64,000 bases of DNA from TPA_inf: Saccharomyces. Its lineage: Eukaryota. The stretch covers positions 256,001 through 320,000 of the forward strand of contig BK006941.2 in assembly GCA_000146045.2 (NCBI GenBank), written 5' to 3'. Every line of letters starts with the position of its first letter. Within the stretch, counting starts at the first letter, position 1. Below, piece by piece: positions 58,631-64,000 of the stretch. Under the pieces are notes generated by a model that saw only the letters and a list, made by a program, of their open reading frames with translations, was not told where the DNA came from and did no database searches. The position numbers and the translations under genes were made by a program.

Positions 58631-60553
58631 ATGCCACCAAAAGAAGCTCCCAAGAAATGGAAGGCGCCAAAAGGGCCAAAACCTACCCACCGTAAAAATA
58701 AAAATAAGCTTGAATTAGGCAGAGCTATTAAATATGCACGTCAAAAAGAAAATGCCATCGAGTATTTACCTGATGGTGAAATGAGGTTCACTACCGATAA
58801 GCATGAGGCCAACTGGGTTAAATTAAGATCTGTAACTCAAGAATCAGCTTTAGATGAATTCTTGAGTACAGCTGCACTGGCAGACAAAGATTTCACGGCC
58901 GATAGACATTCAAATGTTAAAATTATTAGAATGGATAGCGGTAATGATTCTGCGACATCTCAAGGGTTTTCTATGACTAATGAGCAGCGTGGAAATCTTA
59001 ATGCGAAGCAAAGAGCGCTTGCTAAGGATTTGATTGTTCCAAGGAGGCCTGAATGGAACGAGGGCATGTCCAAGTTTCAGCTTGATAGGCAAGAAAAGGA
59101 AGCGTTTTTAGAATGGAGAAGAAAATTGGCACATTTACAAGAAAGCAATGAAGACTTGTTGTTAACACCGTTTGAAAGAAATATCGAAGTTTGGAAACAG
59201 TTATGGAGAGTTGTTGAAAGATCAGATTTAGTTGTTCAAATTGTAGATGCGAGGAATCCGTTGCTGTTTAGATCTGTCGATTTAGAAAGATATGTAAAAG
59301 AGTCAGATGACAGAAAAGCAAACTTACTGCTAGTTAATAAAGCAGATTTATTGACCAAAAAGCAACGTATCGCTTGGGCAAAGTACTTTATCTCCAAGAA
59401 TATTTCGTTCACGTTTTACTCTGCATTGAGAGCTAATCAATTATTGGAGAAACAAAAGGAAATGGGGGAAGATTATAGAGAACAAGATTTCGAGGAAGCT
59501 GATAAAGAAGGGTTCGATGCTGATGAAAAAGTTATGGAAAAAGTTAAAATTCTGTCCATTGACCAACTGGAAGAATTGTTTTTATCAAAAGCTCCAAACG
59601 AGCCTTTATTGCCACCTCTGCCCGGTCAACCTCCACTGATTAATATTGGTTTGGTTGGTTATCCAAATGTAGGTAAATCCTCCACTATTAATTCGCTCGT
59701 GGGTGCCAAGAAAGTTTCTGTTTCATCCACGCCTGGTAAAACAAAACACTTCCAAACTATTAAGTTATCTGATTCTGTCATGCTTTGTGACTGTCCCGGT
59801 CTTGTCTTCCCAAACTTTGCATATAACAAGGGTGAGCTCGTGTGTAATGGTGTTTTACCTATTGATCAATTACGTGATTATATTGGTCCAGCAGGTTTAG
59901 TAGCAGAAAGAATACCAAAGTATTACATTGAAGCGATTTATGGTATCCATATTCAAACCAAATCAAGGGATGAAGGTGGGAATGGGGATATACCAACTGC
60001 TCAAGAATTGTTAGTCGCATACGCCAGAGCTCGTGGTTATATGACTCAAGGTTACGGTTCTGCTGATGAACCAAGAGCAAGTCGTTATATATTGAAAGAT
60101 TACGTCAATGGGAAATTACTGTATGTCAACCCTCCGCCCCATCTAGAGGATGATACACCTTACACTAGAGAAGAGTGTGAAGAATTTAACAAAGATTTAT
60201 ATGTGTTCGACAGATTACCGGACACCAGAAAGGAGCAAGTGCAAAATGCTGCTAAGGCTAAAGGCATTGATATCGTGGATTTAGCTCGTGATTTGAATCA
60301 GCTAACGTTTTCAGCTCACACTGGTGGTGACACACAAAAAGAAGCCAAATCTGTTACGCACGGTGGTAAACAAGCTGCATTGTACAATGCCGCTGAGGAC
60401 TTGGATAGAGACTTCTTCAAGATGAACAACGTCGAAGGTAGATTAAGTACACCATTCCACAAAGTTCAAAATAGTTCAGCTGGTAAGAGACATAACAAAA
60501 AAAACAAAAGTAAAAATGCGAAAAGCAAAGTTTTTAGCATTGAAAATAATTAG
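58631..60553 (+). CDS. LSG1: Cytoplasmic 60S maturation GTPase Lsg1 (circularly permuted GTPase)
   Basis: 640 aa with permuted G-motif order: G4 NKADL precedes G1 GYPNVGKSS and G3 DCPG. Confidence 0.9.
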   Translation: MPPKEAPKKWKAPKGPKPTHRKNKNKLELGRAIKYARQKENAIEYLPDGEMRFTTDKHEANWVKLRSVTQESALDEFLSTAALADKDFTADRHSNVKIIRMDSGNDSATSQGFSMTNEQRGNLNAKQRALAKDLIVPRRPEWNEGMSKFQLDRQEKEAFLEWRRKLAHLQESNEDLLLTPFERNIEVWKQLWRVVERSDLVVQIVDARNPLLFRSVDLERYVKESDDRKANLLLVNKADLLTKKQRIAWAKYFISKNISFTFYSALRANQLLEKQKEMGEDYREQDFEEADKEGFDADEKVMEKVKILSIDQLEELFLSKAPNEPLLPPLPGQPPLINIGLVGYPNVGKSSTINSLVGAKKVSVSSTPGKTKHFQTIKLSDSVMLCDCPGLVFPNFAYNKGELVCNGVLPIDQLRDYIGPAGLVAERIPKYYIEAIYGIHIQTKSRDEGGNGDIPTAQELLVAYARARGYMTQGYGSADEPRASRYILKDYVNGKLLYVNPPPHLEDDTPYTREECEEFNKDLYVFDRLPDTRKEQVQNAAKAKGIDIVDLARDLNQLTFSAHTGGDTQKEAKSVTHGGKQAALYNAAEDLDRDFFKMNNVEGRLSTPFHKVQNSSAGKRHNKKNKSKNAKSKVFSIENN

Positions 60554-60788
60554 CGGTAACTAACATATATCTTCTCAAAAAAACTGTGTACTATTATCTT
60601 TTCATCTCGCCAATTAATGACAGCGTTATTTGAGAATAGACCTAAGATAATAAAACTATGTTCGTTACCCGGACAAATTTTCTTGGAAGAATTTTTGAGT
60701 CCTAGAGATATTATAAAACGGCCCTCTATTAATTTGCTCTTTCTTTCCTCAGTTTAATTCTTCTTTCGAATAAAAAATAAAAATATCA

Positions 60789-61056
60789 TGGCTCTTCAAC
60801 ACATTTCAACATGTTCAAGTAATTTGTGTTAGTGGATGACCATTTAGGGGCTGCTGGCCTGGTTACCGGGAGTTTTTCTTGGATCCAAGCTAGCTTTTCC
60901 GTCTGATTATCCTTAAGCTTCACAAATTACAATTTTTCCCACGCATTAAGAAATAAGCTCAAGATGCCTAAAATAAGTTCTATCCCGCCTTTTTTCGCTA
61001 ACAATGACTGAGTATTCCCACAGTCTATAGTTTGATAGTAGATGGGCGGAAATTTT
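60789..61056. ncRNA. Candidate H/ACA box snoRNA (possibly snR82) in the LSG1-USE1 spacer
   Basis: The intergenic spacer between these tandem genes is about 790 bp, about twice the usual size here, and contains GC-rich stem-capable segments (ggggctgctggcctggttaccgggag; ggatccaagctagcttttcc). I recall an H/ACA snoRNA annotated between LSG1 and USE1. I could not fold it or confirm the H/ACA boxes, and both boundaries and strand are uncertain. Confidence 0.3.
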
Positions 61057-61341
61057 TCTCATATATTTACTTTTTATAGGAGAGTATATTTACGTACGTA
61101 TAGTGATTGCATGTAGTTGCTCCCTATATCTTGTCATATGAGCGTGATACTGACCGATACCTGTTACAGATGTCGGTCTGGATTTGTTCGTTTTTCTTCC
61201 CTAAAGTAGGTCAGTATATATAAAATATGGCCGGAGGAAAGCTTCACCACTTTATCACCACTAAATTTATAAAGTAGAATACAATTTCAACATACACAGA
61301 GAATAAAAAAAGGTTGACAGGACACATAATAGCAAGGCAAG

Positions 61342-62079
61342 ATGGCTGAAACTTCCAACGACCCCTTTCTGTCCTACGTTTTGAGTAGCAAACAATTAAC
61401 TAATTTGAATCGTCTACGAAGGAAAGCAGTTACAAAACAACTGGGATCAAGTGACGACAATAAGGTCTCAGAGGAGTTTTTGAGGTATCAACATACTTAT
61501 CAAAGAGAAGCATTTGAATATCTGCAAACAAAACATGACGCCCACAAAATAATGGAGTCACAGTACGAACAGTACCAAAGCAGTTCAAAAACAAGAAGAT
61601 ATAGTATCGATTTAGATTCTGTAGATGCAGTTGACACGGAATCGCAAACAGAATACCCAAATGAGGAGTTTATTGATAGAAACGAAGATAGCGAAGCTGT
61701 TATGGAGTTGAGAAAGAGATTGTTGGGGAAGGGACAGAATAAGGGTTTAGGATATGAAACTACGAAATCAGTCGATAGGCAAATTGAGGACCAGGACACG
61801 TTGCAACAGGATTTGATTCAGGATATGAGCAAACTTGTGGGCAGTTTGAAGCAAGGAGCTGTGGCATTTCAATCAGCACTTGATGAAGATAAGCAAGTTC
61901 TTGGAGCTGCAGAGATAGGTATTCAAGTTGCTTCTCAAGGTTTAATGGATGTTAGCGGTAAATTAAGGAAATATGACAAGAGTAAATTGAGTTACTTGTT
62001 TTATATTACTGTTTTCATTTTTATGATTCTCGGACTGGTGTTTACATTTATCATAATTCAATTATTCCCGGCCCTATAA
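61342..62079 (+). CDS. USE1: ER tail-anchored Q-SNARE Use1
   Basis: 245 aa with a SNARE coiled coil followed by a C-terminal hydrophobic tail anchor (LSYLFYITVFIFMILGLVFTFIIIQLF). Confidence 0.85.
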   Translation: MAETSNDPFLSYVLSSKQLTNLNRLRRKAVTKQLGSSDDNKVSEEFLRYQHTYQREAFEYLQTKHDAHKIMESQYEQYQSSSKTRRYSIDLDSVDAVDTESQTEYPNEEFIDRNEDSEAVMELRKRLLGKGQNKGLGYETTKSVDRQIEDQDTLQQDLIQDMSKLVGSLKQGAVAFQSALDEDKQVLGAAEIGIQVASQGLMDVSGKLRKYDKSKLSYLFYITVFIFMILGLVFTFIIIQLFPAL

Positions 62080-62771
62080 TGTAATTATAACGATGGAATG
62101 ATGTTTTTTGGAAGAAAAATTCAACTGTTTATTAATATTTACGGCATTTTTTCATGTAGTTGAGATTATTCCTATTGAAAAAAGCAAATTGTGAGAAAAA
62201 AGTATACAATAAAATTTGTATAGGCTGCAGAATTCTCCTTTCCGTATAGTTGCCTACTTCCCGTCTCAAACTGAATCCTGCTATCTGATTGCTTTCTGTG
62301 TTGGTGCGGTGAATCTTTTTATACATATAATATTTGAAAAAGAATAAACATTTGAGAAAACAAAAGTAGCTAAACAAAACGACAAAATCATAACATTTCC
62401 TGATCTGACTGAAAGCTAATAGAACAGCAGTGTTCGATGAGGGTAAAATAAGGAGGGGTCTTCGGTTACGTTATACTAGTAAGTTGATTTTGATTTTAAG
62501 TCATATTATTGAACGCATTATGATGATACTCATAATGGACTAAATTTTTCTCATGTATAAGGTCCATAGTAGCCAAGTGCATTCCATTACAATGTTATTG
62601 ATATTATCTGTGCTCTCAAATTCGGCTGAAGAAAACTACTACAAACACAACACATCAAATAATGTAACACAGCCTTGCTTATTGCCGGTGTAAGGGTCGA
62701 CTATCTTCGATCTACTCATATTCATATTATCAATTTATTATCATATATGGTATAAGAAAATGACATGAACA

Positions 62772-63330
62772 TTGAGAAACAACCAATAGATTAATTGGAA
62801 GCTGAAATGCAAGGATTAATAACTTGATAAATGGAAGTTAAAAGATAGTATTAATGATGACTAAATATGGATTCTGTTATCCTTGTATAAGAGAAGTATA
62901 AAACAAACACCAATTGGTTTATTATTCTCTTTTCTTCAATTATAATCAGTACAATAATGGCTCCAGCAGCTGTCACATATTTTAATGATGATTTGCGCAT
63001 ATATAACAGAGATAGGTTTAAATAATTTAATAATTGTTGGGATTTCACAACTATTGAAGGCTATAATATTATGTATAAAGAATATACCAGGAAGTCAACT
63101 CCCAGACCTTGAAATCCTCAAAATGAAGACGATAGTTTTACATAATAATATTACTTTTTCTTCTTTCCTTCTATATTTCTCCTTCACATTCATATTACGC
63201 TGACAATCTTTGCATTTCAGCTTCCACCAAGCCTGATCACCGTTTACCAATATTTGTGTCATTTTCTTATACCTCAGGTAATAATAAACTAGCAACCTGA
63301 ATAATATCAAATAGACGATATGTTAAAGTT
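62772..63330. mobile_element. Degenerate Ty1/Ty2-type delta LTR remnant(s)
   Basis: tgagaaa..attaattggaagctgaaatgcaaggattaataa aligns by eye with the delta consensus (TGAGAAATAGTCATCTAAATTAGTGGAAGCTGAAACGCAAGGATTGATAA). A second piece around 63100 (ccttgaaatcctcaaaatgaag) matches delta in the opposite orientation. The arrangement is typical of nested LTR debris upstream of a tRNA. Confidence 0.45.
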
Positions 63331-63422
63331 TCATTCTAACAATTACCACCCATTCCAAAATATCTATTGTTAGAGAGGCGTTAATAGAACAACACAACAC
63401 AAAAATACTGAAGGTCAAAGTT

Positions 63423-63762
63423 TGTTGTATTACGGGCTCGAGTAATACCGGAGTGTCTTGACAATCCTAATATAAACGGTCTTAGGGAAGTAACCAGTTG
63501 TCAAAACAGTTTATCAGATTAATTCACGGAATGTTACTTATCTTATATATTATATAAAATATGAATCATATTAAGTGGTGGAAGCGCGGAATCTCGGATC
63601 TAAACTAATTGTTCAGGCATTTATACTTTTGGTAGTTCAGCTAGGGAAGGACGGGTTTTATCTCATGTTGTTCGTTTTGTTATAAGGTTGTTTCATATGT
63701 GTTTTATGAACGTTTAGGATGACGTATTGTCATACTGACATATCTCATTTTGAGATACAACA
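63423..63762 (-). mobile_element. Ty3 sigma solo LTR (340 bp)
   Basis: Near-perfect match to the sigma element in reverse orientation. The plus strand runs TGTTGTATTACGGGCTCGAGTAATACCGGAGTGTCTTGACAATCC...CATACTGACATATCTCATTTTGAGATACAACA, with terminal inverted repeats TGTTGTAT/ATACAACA. It ends 18 bp before tRNA-His. Confidence 0.88.
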
Positions 63763-63780
63763 AAGTTCATAAAGAAATTA

Positions 63781-63852
63781 GCCATCTTAGTATAGTGGTT
63801 AGTACACATCGTTGTGGCCGATGAAACCCTGGTTCGATTCTAGGAGATGGCA
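63781..63852 (+). tRNA. tH(GUG): tRNA-His (GUG)
   Basis: GCCATCTTAGTATAGTGGTTAGTACACATCGTTGTGGCCGATGAAACCCTGGTTCGATTCTAGGAGATGGCA, 72 nt with anticodon GTG, A box TAGTGGTTAG and B box GGTTCGATTCT. A T-rich terminator follows (cattttttcc). Confidence 0.92.
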
Positions 63853-64000
63853 TTTTTTCCGAAATTTCGCCTTCTCGCACAACTTTCCAAACCCGACCAA
63901 GAGAAGGAAGAAATCATTTTTTTTGTTGCGAGTTGTCATAGAACGAGGTCGAGAAACAGAAGAGGAATTGAAAATGAATTGTAAAAGCGTTCGTTCTATG

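Overview
This window reads as ordinary, gene-dense budding-yeast nuclear chromosome, and I found no undescribed system in it. Nearly every long ORF translates to a protein I recognise from Saccharomyces cerevisiae, and the order and orientation match the left arm of chromosome VII from PCL10 (YGL134W) to USE1 (YGL098W). The gene order is PCL10 (3' part), ITC1, SNT2, CEG1, RSM23, CWC23, SOH1/MED31, SCS3, MET13, MON1, RPS2, NAB2, GPG1, PRP43, COQ8, tRNA-Trp, YGL117W, CDC20, SNF4, YGL114W, SLD3, TAF6, NSA1, CUE3, YGL108C, RMD9, MLC1, ARC1, VPS73, RPL28 (with intron), YGL101W, SEH1, LSG1, USE1, a Ty3 sigma LTR and tRNA-His. From memory and unverified, this is roughly S288C chrVII 256-320 kb. Eukaryotic hallmarks are visible directly: an intron-containing tRNA-Trp, a spliceosomal intron in RPL28 with GTATGT / TACTAAC / AG signals, a Ty3 sigma LTR 18 bp upstream of tRNA-His, degenerate Ty LTR debris near both tRNAs, and Rap1-like sites upstream of the two ribosomal-protein genes. 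There are no operons, CRISPR arrays or prokaryotic mobile elements. The points worth a second look are modest. SCS3 is a strongly GC-rich island with atypical codon usage. NAB2 carries a 12-bp in-frame tandem repeat (QQQP) plus a polyQ tract. The unusually long LSG1-USE1 spacer may hold an H/ACA snoRNA (I believe snR82 maps here). A 2.5-kb ORF-free region surrounds tRNA-Trp. In three places (CWC23, CUE3, MLC1) the ORF track extends past the real start codon.
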